Positions 11,680 through 20,494 of a stretch of DNA of 64,000 nt are shown piece after piece. Within the stretch, counting starts at the first letter, position 1. Each line of letters begins with the position of its first letter. The notes under the pieces were generated by a model that saw only the letters and a program-made list of their open reading frames with translations, ran no database searches and was not told the DNA's origin. A program made the translations under genes and the position numbers. Source of the stretch: Myxococcota bacterium (lineage in GTDB: Bacteria > Myxococcota_A > Polyangia > Polyangiales > Sandaracinaceae); contig JAYZQJ010000128.1 of assembly GCA_036149055.1 (NCBI GenBank), positions 97,317 through 161,316 on the forward strand, written 5' to 3'.

Positions 11680-12054
11680 TCAGGCCACGCGGGTGGCGGT
11701 GGCGAGCTGGCGGGCGGCGCGGGAGGCGACCTCGGCCCGGGCGAGGAAGCGGAGGCGGCGGCCGAGGGGCTCCGCCTCGAAGCGCGCCGCGTACATGCGG
11801 GCGTCGTCGATGGCGCGGCGCTGGGCCGCGTTGACGGCGGCGAGGTTGAACATCGCCTCCCGGGCCGACGCGCCCGGCTGGGGGGTGAAGAGGAGGCGCT
11901 CGATCGCCGCGCGCTCCTCCTCGAGGCCCGCCCGCCACGACGCCATCGCCCCGGGGAGGCGGATCTCGGTGCCGTACCGGCTGGGTACCGGGAGGCTCTC
12001 GGCGCAGGCGAGCAGCTCCACGAGCTCCGCGAGGGGCGTCATGCCGACCGCCAA
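11680..12054 (-). CDS. Hypothetical protein
   Basis: Fills the gap with plausible codon usage; start uncertain (alternative ATG near 12042). Confidence 0.5.
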   Translation of the reverse strand: MAVGMTPLAELVELLACAESLPVPSRYGTEIRLPGAMASWRAGLEEERAAIERLLFTPQPGASAREAMFNLAAVNAAQRRAIDDARMYAARFEAEPLGRRLRFLARAEVASRAARQLATATRVA

Positions 12055-12088
12055 CGACGGAACCCCCCAACCCTGAAGGACCCGCCGG

Positions 12089-12616
12089 TCAGCAGCCGTC
12101 GACGCGACCGCCGCGAGCGGCGACGCGGGTGCAGATGCAGGAGCGCTCCGCCGGCGTGGCGCAGTAGCCGACGCTGCTCCCGTCGGGCCGCAGGCACTCG
12201 CGCCCGCCGCTGCACGGGGTCATCGCGAAGCCGCCGCACTCCGGCAGGAAGTCGGCGCAGAAGGCGTCGCCCGGGGTCGCGCCGGTGAAGCAGCGGTCAC
12301 CGTCGTCGCAGGGGCTGGTGTCGCCGCAGGCGTCGCCCACCGTGCAGACCATGCCGGCGTCCGCCAGGCCCGCGTCGCCCGGGCCGGCGTCCTCGGGTCC
12401 CGCGTCGGCCATCACGCCGGAGTCCGGCTCCGCGCCCGCGTCGTCGTCCACGCCGGCGTCGTCGTCCGCGCCAGCGTCGTCCGCGCCGGCGTCACTCGGC
12501 CCCGCGTCGACGGTCGCGTCCATGCCCGGGCCGGCGTCGGCGCCGGCGTCGTCGGTGCCCGCGTCGCCGCCGCAGGCCGTCAGGAGAATCGCGCTGATGA
12601 GAATTCGAGTAAGCAA
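12089..12616 (-). CDS. Lipoprotein with DAG-rich linker and Cys-rich C-terminal domain
   Basis: GGAGG RBS; LLTA-C lipobox; DAG repeats; multiple C-terminal Cys. Confidence 0.8.
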   Translation of the reverse strand: MLTRILISAILLTACGGDAGTDDAGADAGPGMDATVDAGPSDAGADDAGADDDAGVDDDAGAEPDSGVMADAGPEDAGPGDAGLADAGMVCTVGDACGDTSPCDDGDRCFTGATPGDAFCADFLPECGGFAMTPCSGGRECLRPDGSSVGYCATPAERSCICTRVAARGGRVDGC

Positions 12617-12691
12617 GTAGACCTCCAGAGCCGGAGATCTGACGTGCGGGGGATCGCGCGCCCAGCGCCCGCCCGGAGTTCGCTCACGGTC

Positions 12692-13399
12692 TCAGATCGG
12701 GGTGATGAGGGAAGCGAGCGCGCCGCCTCGGACCGGGGCGACGCCGACGATGACCGGCAGGGTGCCGCCGCCGTTGGCGTGGCCGATCTCGTAGCCGAGG
12801 ATCGCGCCGACGAGCGGCAGGAGGCCGGCGGCGACCAGGGCGGCGGCGAGCTCGTCCTGGTCGAGGGCGAGGACCACGAACGGGAGCGCGGCGGCGCCGC
12901 CGAGGATCTGCCCGAGGAAGGCGTGCCCGAAGTTGCCGCGCCCGCCGGTGAGGTGCGCGGCGAGGGTCACGCCAGCGGTGACGCTCAGCGCGCCGAGCAC
13001 GGTCCCGGCGCCGACGGCGAGCACGAGCCAGTCGCCGGTGAGGTTCTCCTCGAACGCCGCCCAGATGATGGCGGTCCCGGCGCCGCCGCCGACCACCGCG
13101 CCGAGGAGACCGCCGCCCAGCTCGCCGAGCAGGCGCCCCACGTCGCGGTTCACGTCCCCCGCGAGCATCACGTCCGGGGGCGCGTCGTCGTGTCCGAGGT
13201 ACGGATCCGGCGGCTCCGGAGGCCGGCGCCCGACCGAGCGCCCGTCGGCGCGCCCGACCTCTCGCGAGGCCCAGCGGATCACGTCTGCGTCGCTGACGTC
13301 CGGGTCCGCGATCGTGAAGTCGCCGGTGATCGGCTCGAGCTGCGCGGCCGCGGTCGCCGGCGCGGCGAGCATCACGACGGCGAAGAGCCCCACCCTCAT
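12692..13399 (-). CDS. Secreted/membrane glycine-zipper protein
   Basis: Signal peptide, then Gly-rich hydrophobic helices (GELGGGLLGAVVGGGAG). Confidence 0.7.
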   Translation of the reverse strand: MRVGLFAVVMLAAPATAAAQLEPITGDFTIADPDVSDADVIRWASREVGRADGRSVGRRPPEPPDPYLGHDDAPPDVMLAGDVNRDVGRLLGELGGGLLGAVVGGGAGTAIIWAAFEENLTGDWLVLAVGAGTVLGALSVTAGVTLAAHLTGGRGNFGHAFLGQILGGAAALPFVVLALDQDELAAALVAAGLLPLVGAILGYEIGHANGGGTLPVIVGVAPVRGGALASLITPI

Positions 13400-13436
13400 G
13401 GGTTCAGCATGGGGGATCCGAGCCGGCCTGGGAAGC

Positions 13437-14390
13437 TCAGCGCGAGAGGCCGCCGGCGGAGGGCTCGAGCGTGCCGTGGCGCTCGAGGAAGCTCAGCGCC
13501 GCCTCGCTGGCTTCGGGGGAGGCGAGCGCGCCGGCGTGGTCGGCGCCGGGCAGGGTGTGGAGGGCGCAGCGGCCGCCGCAGGCGCGGTAGAGGGCGCGGG
13601 CGTGCGCGTAGGGGACGACGCGGTCTTCGCGGCCGTGGATGAGGAGGACGCGGGCGTCGGTGCGGGCGACGGCGGCGCGGGTGTCGGCCGCGTCGGGGGA
13701 GAAGCCGCCGAGCGCCCCGGCGTCGTCGACGATCCAGTCGAGCACCGCCTGCGGCAGCCACGAGCCACCGAAGACGTGCGCCGACGCCTGCGGGGGCACC
13801 ACGTCGCGGAGGGAGGCGAAGGTCGAGGAGCTGACCACCGCGTGGACCCGGGGGTCGATCGCCGCGAGCTGGAGCCCCACCGCGCCGCCGTACGACGCGC
13901 CGAACACGCTGACGGGGCCGTCGAGCACGCCGACCGCCTCGAGCTGGTCGAGGAGCTGAGACAGATCCCGGCTCTCGCGCACCCCGTAGGTGAGCCAGCG
14001 GCCGCTCGAGCCGCCGTGTCCGCGCAGATCCACCAGCACCGCCCGCATGCCGCGGTCTCGGAGCGCCCGCCCGAACCCGACCAGCGCGCGCTTGTCGTCC
14101 CGGATGCCGTGCAGCACGAGCGTGGTCCCGCGCGGCGGGCCCTCCGGGTCGAAGACCCAGGCCTCGAGCATCGCGCGGGGCGGACCGACCTCGGCCCGAA
14201 TCGCACGTGAGACGTCCGCCGGCGGCTCGAGCATCGCGACCTCGGACTGGCCGTAGTTCGGCGCCTTCACGATGGCCCAGGCGCCGGCGACCCGGACGCG
14301 CCCGGCCGCCAGGAGCGCCAGCCCCAGGGCGATCGCGAGCAGCGCCCACTTGCGGGGCCAGCTCGCACCGGTGCGTCTCGATTCCCCCAT
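13437..14390 (-). CDS. Alpha/beta hydrolase with N-terminal membrane anchor
   Basis: LHG, DLRGHGGS, GASYGG nucleophile motif, HGREDRVVP, ADH. Confidence 0.85.
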   Translation of the reverse strand: MGESRRTGASWPRKWALLAIALGLALLAAGRVRVAGAWAIVKAPNYGQSEVAMLEPPADVSRAIRAEVGPPRAMLEAWVFDPEGPPRGTTLVLHGIRDDKRALVGFGRALRDRGMRAVLVDLRGHGGSSGRWLTYGVRESRDLSQLLDQLEAVGVLDGPVSVFGASYGGAVGLQLAAIDPRVHAVVSSSTFASLRDVVPPQASAHVFGGSWLPQAVLDWIVDDAGALGGFSPDAADTRAAVARTDARVLLIHGREDRVVPYAHARALYRACGGRCALHTLPGADHAGALASPEASEAALSFLERHGTLEPSAGGLSR

Positions 14391-14417
14391 TCAGGCCGTC
14401 CCTACGTCACGACTCTC

Positions 14418-15344
14418 TTGGGTATTTCACCCTTGGGTCCTCGTGTATGCTCGGAGGCCGTGCCCGTCCCGCCGCCCTTCGATCCCGCGTCGCTCCCGCC
14501 CGGCACCACCCTGGGTGGAAAGTACGAGCTCGGCGCGCCCGTGGGCTGGGGAGAGCACTCGGTGGTCTACGTGGCGACGCACCGCCTGCTCGAGCGCAAG
14601 GCGGCGGTGAAGATCCTCGCCAAGACCGACGAGGACTCGGAGAAGCGCTTCGCCCGGGAGGCCCGCCTGGCTGGCTCGCTCAGCGCGCCGAACATCGTCG
14701 AGGTCTACGAGATCGGCCGCATGGACGACGGCCGCGCCTACATGGCGATGGAGTACCTCGAGGGCGAGACCCTCGAGGACCGGCTCGAGCGTCAGGGACC
14801 GTTCTCGATCCACGACGCGATGAGCTACGGGCAGCAGCTCCTGCACGCGCTCGCCGTGGCCCACGACGCCCAGATCGTGCACCGCGATCTCCGGCCGCAG
14901 AACGTCTTCATGGCGCAGATCCGGGGCGAGGAGGTGCTGAAGATCCTCGACTTCGGGATCTCGCGCCGCTTCGGCAACGCCAGCGACTCGCTCCTGACCA
15001 AGCCGGGCGAGTTCCTCGGGAGCGCCGGCTTCCTCGCACCCGAGCAGCTCTACGAGGACGGGGTCATCGACCACCGGACCGATCTCTACGCGGTGGGCGT
15101 GCTGCTCTATCGCCTGCTGACCGGGCGGCTGCCGTTCGAGGGCAAGGGCTCGATGCTGCTGCTCCAGGTGGCCGAGAAGATGCCGCCCCCGCCGAGCCAG
15201 CACCGCAAGGAGCTGACCCCCGACGTCGATCGCGTGATCCTCACCGCCCTCTCCAAGGACAAGGAGAGCCGGTTCGCCGACGCCGAAGGCATGGCCGAGG
15301 CCCTGCGCCTGACCTCGCTCTTCGCCCAATACGTCAGCGAGTAG
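14418..15344 (+). CDS. Cytoplasmic Ser/Thr protein kinase (atypical catalytic loop)
   Basis: AAVK, HRDLRPQN, DFG, FLAPE, DLYAVG. Start uncertain (GTG at 14460 possible). Confidence 0.85.
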   Translation: MGISPLGPRVCSEAVPVPPPFDPASLPPGTTLGGKYELGAPVGWGEHSVVYVATHRLLERKAAVKILAKTDEDSEKRFAREARLAGSLSAPNIVEVYEIGRMDDGRAYMAMEYLEGETLEDRLERQGPFSIHDAMSYGQQLLHALAVAHDAQIVHRDLRPQNVFMAQIRGEEVLKILDFGISRRFGNASDSLLTKPGEFLGSAGFLAPEQLYEDGVIDHRTDLYAVGVLLYRLLTGRLPFEGKGSMLLLQVAEKMPPPPSQHRKELTPDVDRVILTALSKDKESRFADAEGMAEALRLTSLFAQYVSE

Positions 15345-15738
15345 CGGCCTGGCAGCCCAGCGTCACCGTCACGTGGCCGTCGACGCCGGCGGTCCCGAGG
15401 CTCAACGTCGCCGCGTGCTCCTCGACCCGGCCGTCCCGCACCCGGCAGGACGCGGTGGAGGTCACCGTCGCCTCCCCGCGCCGGCAGGCGAGCACCCGCT
15501 GCACCGACCAGTCGCCCTCGCCGATCGCGGCGTGCCGAGGCCTGGCGTAGCCGCAGCGCCAGGGCGAGTCGCCGAGCTCGATCGCGCCGGGCTCGGCCGA
15601 GACGACCTCGCGCCGCGACGGTCGGCCCGGGCCGCCGACGAAGGTCGTCCACTCGATCGCGTCGGGCGACGAGGGCGTCTGCGCCATGGCGGGCGCGGCG
15701 AGGGCCAGGCCGAGGAGTGGGGCGAGCAGGCGGCGCAT
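15334..15738 (-). CDS. Small secreted protein with 4 Cys
   Basis: Signal peptide MRRLLAPLLGLALAAPAMAQ. Confidence 0.7.
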   Translation of the reverse strand: MRRLLAPLLGLALAAPAMAQTPSSPDAIEWTTFVGGPGRPSRREVVSAEPGAIELGDSPWRCGYARPRHAAIGEGDWSVQRVLACRRGEATVTSTASCRVRDGRVEEHAATLSLGTAGVDGHVTVTLGCQAATR

Positions 15739-15828
15739 GGAGGGAGGGTGAGGGGTTCCGGGGTGGCTCGTCGAGATCGACGCGGTTCCGACTGGAACAT
15801 TCGCCGAATTGGCGTCGTAATGTGAGGC

Positions 15829-16236
15829 ATGACGTCGCTCTCGCCCTGGCTGAAGCCCACCCTCCTCGGTCCGCTCATCGTGCTCTGGTCGCTGATCACC
15901 CTCGGCGCGGTGCTCGGCAGCATGCCCACCATCGCCGGCGAGCGCCTCGACGGCTGGCTGATCGGCATGCTCTGGATGAGCTTCTTCGGCAGCGGCCTCG
16001 GCGTCCTGCTCATCGGCGTCGACGTCCTGCTGCTCAAGCTGAAGTGGCGTCAGCTCCCCACGGGCGGCCGCGCGTGGATCAGCTCCTGCCTCACCCCGAT
16101 GGCCGTCTTCTTCATCTGGACGCTGCCCTTCTGGCCTCCGCCCGAGTCCGTGGTCGGCCTCTTCGTCTTCCTCGTGACCCCGATGCTCGCCGCCGCCTTC
16201 GCCCTGCGCTTGCTCTTCAGCGCCCGCGTGGCCTGA
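15829..16236 (+). CDS. Four-TM membrane protein
   Basis: Four hydrophobic helices; strong GC3 bias. Confidence 0.75.
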   Translation: MTSLSPWLKPTLLGPLIVLWSLITLGAVLGSMPTIAGERLDGWLIGMLWMSFFGSGLGVLLIGVDVLLLKLKWRQLPTGGRAWISSCLTPMAVFFIWTLPFWPPPESVVGLFVFLVTPMLAAAFALRLLFSARVA

Positions 16237-16245
16237 GCTGCGACC

Positions 16246-16482
16246 TCACGCGCTGGTCTTCTTCTTCGAGCGCAGGTCTCCGAAGATCGTCCAGACGAGG
16301 AGCAGGACGCCGAGGGAGGCGAGGATGCGCCAGCTCCAGAGGGCCTGGGCGTCGCGATCGCCCCGGAGCCCGTCGACCGCGTCGAGGAACGGCACGAGCA
16401 GCCACTCGTTGTCGTGCGTGTCGTTGAACCACCAGACGTAGGCGGCGGCGGCGAAGAAGACGACCGGGACGAGGTAGCGCAT
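16246..16482 (-). CDS. Small two-TM membrane protein (78 aa)
   Basis: MRYLVPVVFFAAAAYVWW...KKKTSA; 3' portion of track ORF 16246..16980. Confidence 0.7.
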   Translation of the reverse strand: MRYLVPVVFFAAAAYVWWFNDTHDNEWLLVPFLDAVDGLRGDRDAQALWSWRILASLGVLLLVWTIFGDLRSKKKTSA

Positions 16483-16582
16483 CGCGCACGCATCATAGCG
16501 GAGGTGACGGAGGGGGTGTCGTGCGGTAGACCCTCCTCCCCGGGAAGGGCCCGGGCACACGCGAGAGATCGAGGAGGAGACC

Positions 16583-18436
16583 GTGACGCGGTTCATCGAA
16601 GAGCTGAAGCGAACGCACACCTGTGGCGAGCTGAGGCTTTCGGACGCCGATTCCGAGGCCGTGCTGATGGGCTGGGTGCAGCGCCAGCACGATCGGGGCG
16701 GCGTGATCTTCGTGGACCTTCGCGACCGCGACGGGATCACCCAGGTCACCTTCGACAAGCAGGTCTCGAGCGAGGCGTTCGAGACGGCGTCGAAGCTCCG
16801 CAGCGAGTACGTCATCGCCGTGCGCGGCAAGGTGCGCGACCGCGGTGAGCAGCGGAACGACAAGGTCCCCACCGGCGCGGTCGAGGTCCTCGCGCAGGAG
16901 ATCGAGATCCTCAACACGGCCGAGACGCCCGTCTTCCCCATCCAGGACGACGTGAACGCGACCGAGGAGACGCGGCTCAAGTACCGCTACCTCGATCTGC
17001 GCCGGCCGACCCTGCAGAAGAACCTGAAGACGCGGGCGAAGGCCTACTACGAGATCCGCAACCACTTCGCGGAGCACGGCTTCCTCGAGATCGAGACGCC
17101 GTTCATGGTGAAGTACACGCCCGGCGGCGCGCGGAACTTCCTGGTCCCGTCGCGCTTCCACCCCGGCAAGTTCTACGCGATGGCCGAGAGCCCGCAGCTC
17201 TTCAAGCAGCTGCTGATGGTCGCCGGCTACGAGAAGTACTTCCAGATCACGCGCTGCTTCCGCGACGAGGACCTGCGCGGCGACCGGCAGCCCGAGTTCA
17301 CCCAGATCGACGTCGAGATGAGCTTCGTCACCCAGGACGACGTCTTCGACATCTGCGAGAAGCTCGTCTTCCGGCTCTGGAAGAGCGTGCTCGGCGTCGA
17401 CCTGAGCGAGCGCTACCCGGACGGCACCTTCCCCCGGATGCGCTTCGAGGACTCGATGCGCCGCTACGGCAACGACAAGCCCGACCTCCGCTTCGGGCTC
17501 GAGCACGTGGACCTCACGGAGCTGACGGTCGAGCACGGCGGCGGCGGCATCACGTTCATGGAGCCGCTGGCCAAGAAGTTCCAGGACGGGACCTACCGCC
17601 TCGACCTGCCGGAGGAGATCGTCAAGGCGATCCGGGTGCCGGCCGAGCACGCGATGAGCCGCAAGCAGGTCGACGAGCTCGAGGGCTTCGTGAAGCAGAT
17701 GGGCGCGGGCGGCCTCGGCCGCGCGAAGGTCGCCGAGGACGGCGGCTGGACGCAGAGCCCCTTCGCCAAGCAGATCACCGACGAGTTCCGCGTCGCGATC
17801 AACGAGGCGGTGGGCGCGGAGAGCGGCGACCTGATCCTCATCATGTTCGGCGAGGAGCAGCTCGTTCACACCTGCATGGCGAACCTCCGCCTCCACCTCG
17901 GCAAGAAGCTCGGCATGATCCCCGAGGTCGGGACCGGCGGCGATCTCTCGTTCCTGTGGGTGGTCGACCCGCCCCTCTTCGAGCGCGGTGAGAACGGCGG
18001 CTGGGTCGCCGCCCACCACCCCTTCACCCGGCCTCACGACGACTGCGTGGCGCTGATCGACGAGGACCCGGGCAAGGTCCTCTGCTACCGCTACGACCTC
18101 GTGCTCAACGGCGTCGAGATCGCGGGCGGCTCGATCCGTCTGCACGACTCCGAGGTGCAGAAGAAGGTCTTCGGCGCGATCGGGCTGAGCGACGAGGAGG
18201 CGAAGGAGAAGTTCTCGTTCCTCCTCGAGGCGCTCCGCTTCGGCGCCCCGCCCCACGGCGGCATCGCCTTCGGCCTCGACCGGCTGATCATGCTGATGGC
18301 CGAGACGCAGTCGCTCCGCGACGTGCTCGCGTTCCCCAAGACCGCGAGCGGCAACGACCTGATGACCGGCGCCCCGGGCCCGGTCGACGACGCCCAGCTC
18401 GCCGAGCTGAAGGTGACGTCCACCGCCAAGAAGTAG
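16583..18436 (+). CDS. aspS: Aspartate--tRNA ligase
   Basis: RTHTCGEL, GWV, DLRDRDG, RYLDLRR, SPQLFKQLLM, FRDED, QPEFTQIDVEMSF, GAPPHGGIAFGLDR, FPKT. GAGGAGG RBS. Confidence 0.98.
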   Translation: MTRFIEELKRTHTCGELRLSDADSEAVLMGWVQRQHDRGGVIFVDLRDRDGITQVTFDKQVSSEAFETASKLRSEYVIAVRGKVRDRGEQRNDKVPTGAVEVLAQEIEILNTAETPVFPIQDDVNATEETRLKYRYLDLRRPTLQKNLKTRAKAYYEIRNHFAEHGFLEIETPFMVKYTPGGARNFLVPSRFHPGKFYAMAESPQLFKQLLMVAGYEKYFQITRCFRDEDLRGDRQPEFTQIDVEMSFVTQDDVFDICEKLVFRLWKSVLGVDLSERYPDGTFPRMRFEDSMRRYGNDKPDLRFGLEHVDLTELTVEHGGGGITFMEPLAKKFQDGTYRLDLPEEIVKAIRVPAEHAMSRKQVDELEGFVKQMGAGGLGRAKVAEDGGWTQSPFAKQITDEFRVAINEAVGAESGDLILIMFGEEQLVHTCMANLRLHLGKKLGMIPEVGTGGDLSFLWVVDPPLFERGENGGWVAAHHPFTRPHDDCVALIDEDPGKVLCYRYDLVLNGVEIAGGSIRLHDSEVQKKVFGAIGLSDEEAKEKFSFLLEALRFGAPPHGGIAFGLDRLIMLMAETQSLRDVLAFPKTASGNDLMTGAPGPVDDAQLAELKVTSTAKK

Positions 18437-18445
18437 CCCTCGCGA

Positions 18446-19555
18446 TCACCTCCGCGGGACGCCGCGGAGGTGATCGACGATCGCCTCGAGCTGGGCGAGC
18501 TGACGGCCGGCGCGGCCCGGGGCCCAGACGTCGAGAGGCGGATCGCCGAGGCGGCGCAGGACGTCGTCGAGCGAGCCGACGCGCGCGTCGATCTGGTTCG
18601 AGTACACGTGCTTGACGCTCAGCGCGGGCGTCTCGACGCCGAGGGCCCGCAGCGCGTCACACGCCGGCTGCGTCCAGGCGAGCACCGCGTCGCCCGGACG
18701 GATCACCGCGGCCAGCCCCTCGAGCGCCTCGGCCGGGGTCAACGGCGGGGTCTCGGCCAACGCGCCGAGCGCCATGTTGGCGACGCGCGAGGGGCTCGGC
18801 GGGAGCGGGCTCGAGAGCAGCGCGTCGAAGCGCGCCTCTCCGCGACACGCCGTCACCCGGAGCGGGAAGCGCTCGGTCTGCCCGCGCGGCTGATGCAGCT
18901 CGACGTGCGCGAGCGCGACGCGAGACGGGACGAGGTGGAAGGGCTCGGGCAGCGGCTTGCGGGCCCGCGGCTTCGCCCGGGTGCGCGGGGAGTAGGCGTG
19001 GCGCGACCGCGTGGTGAGCTGGTCGTCGATCATCGTCTCGAAGGAGTCGACCAGCGCGTCGATCCCCTCCGTCTCGGGCTCGAGCACGCGGAGGGCGCGC
19101 GCGATCGCCTCGATGGTCGAGATGGCCTCGTCGCTCGGCTCGCGCCGGATGCGGTAGCGGCTCGGCGGCCCGGGCGGGAGGGTGACCGCGCGGAGCGGCG
19201 CCAGCGCGGGGTGATTCCGGCGGAGCTGCGAGGCGTGCGCCCAGGTGCCGTCGATCACCACCAGGTGCGCCGGGCGCTCCGCGGGCGAGAGCGCGTCGAG
19301 CGGCGCCGCGTCGGGGTCGGGGAAGAGCACCGCCGCGTCCGGTGGCACGTCGAGCGGATCGGTGGGCTCGACCACGTGCAGCGCCAGGTTCGACAGCCCG
19401 AGCCGCGCGATCCGAGCGGTGCCGAAGGGGTGGCGCCGCTCCCGCGGGTGCTGCACGAGGGTGAGCGCGGTGCGGTTCTGGACCGTGGGCACGCGGTCGC
19501 AGATGCACAGGCTCTCGACCTTGTCGCAGCGGTAGCAGTGCGGGCGCGGCTCCAC
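18446..19555 (-). CDS. DTW-domain tRNA-uridine aminocarboxypropyltransferase with C-terminal extension
   Basis: CxxC...CIC, QHPRE, IDGTW, SRYRIR, STIEA. Confidence 0.85.
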   Translation of the reverse strand: MEPRPHCYRCDKVESLCICDRVPTVQNRTALTLVQHPRERRHPFGTARIARLGLSNLALHVVEPTDPLDVPPDAAVLFPDPDAAPLDALSPAERPAHLVVIDGTWAHASQLRRNHPALAPLRAVTLPPGPPSRYRIRREPSDEAISTIEAIARALRVLEPETEGIDALVDSFETMIDDQLTTRSRHAYSPRTRAKPRARKPLPEPFHLVPSRVALAHVELHQPRGQTERFPLRVTACRGEARFDALLSSPLPPSPSRVANMALGALAETPPLTPAEALEGLAAVIRPGDAVLAWTQPACDALRALGVETPALSVKHVYSNQIDARVGSLDDVLRRLGDPPLDVWAPGRAGRQLAQLEAIVDHLRGVPRR

Positions 19556-19573
19556 GCGCGGAGCCTGCCTCGA

Positions 19574-20449
19574 TCACCGCGGGACGTCGACATGCGCGAC
19601 CGCGTGGCAGACGTCCTCCTCCGCCAGCAGCCGCGCCTCCACCCGCTCGCCGATGTCGTGGGCCTCGCGCACGGTCAGCGTCGGGTCGACGACGACGTTC
19701 ACGTGCACGTCCAGCTCCAGCCCGTGATGGCGCGCGCGGAGCTGGTGCGTGGAGAGCACGCCCTCGGTCCCCGCCGCGATCGCGCGCAGCGCCTCGATCC
19801 GCTCGGGCGGCGGCGCCTGGCCCATCAGGAGGGCGATGTTCTCCCGCGCGAGATCGAAGCCGGCCCACCCGACCCAGAGGGCGACCGGGATCGCGAGCCA
19901 CGCGTCCAGGCTCGGCCAGCCGTAGCGCGCGGCGAACCAGCCGCCGACGGCGATCAGACCGACGAGCACGTCGTTGCGCGCGTCGACCTGGAGGGCGTGG
20001 AGCGCGGGGCTGGGCTGGTCCCGGCGCCGGCGAGCCGCGGCGAAGGCGACGGCGCCCTTGAAGAGGACCTTGGCCACGAAGACCGCGAGCAGCGGCACGT
20101 CGAGCGTGGGGCGCGCCCCGCTCAGGAGCGCCGCGGCCGCGTCCCGGAGCACCTCGACCGCGAGCACGCCCGCGATCACCGCCGCCATCAGCGCCGCGAT
20201 CGGCTCGGCGCGCTGGTGCCCGAAGGGGTGATCGTCGTCCGGGGGCTGCGCCGCGACCCGCATCGAGACGAGGAGCGCCACCGCGGTGAAGACGTCGGAG
20301 AAGCTGTCGGCCGCCTGCGCGAGCGCGAGCCGGCTGTCGTAGAGCACGTAGGCGGCGCCGAGCGCGGCGAGCACCACCACGCTGCCGACCGTGCTCGCGA
20401 GCACGACCCGCGAGGCGCTCCGATCGACCCGGGGATGCTCGTCCAGCAC
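19574..20449 (-). CDS. Cation diffusion facilitator (FieF-like) transporter
   Basis: ADSFSD, PPDDDHPFGHQRAE, DARND, AHDIG, HVD. Confidence 0.9.
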   Translation of the reverse strand: MLDEHPRVDRSASRVVLASTVGSVVVLAALGAAYVLYDSRLALAQAADSFSDVFTAVALLVSMRVAAQPPDDDHPFGHQRAEPIAALMAAVIAGVLAVEVLRDAAAALLSGARPTLDVPLLAVFVAKVLFKGAVAFAAARRRRDQPSPALHALQVDARNDVLVGLIAVGGWFAARYGWPSLDAWLAIPVALWVGWAGFDLARENIALLMGQAPPPERIEALRAIAAGTEGVLSTHQLRARHHGLELDVHVNVVVDPTLTVREAHDIGERVEARLLAEEDVCHAVAHVDVPR

Positions 20450-20494
20450 GACTCCGGGAGACTTATCTCCCGGGCCCTGGCGCGCAATCGGGCG

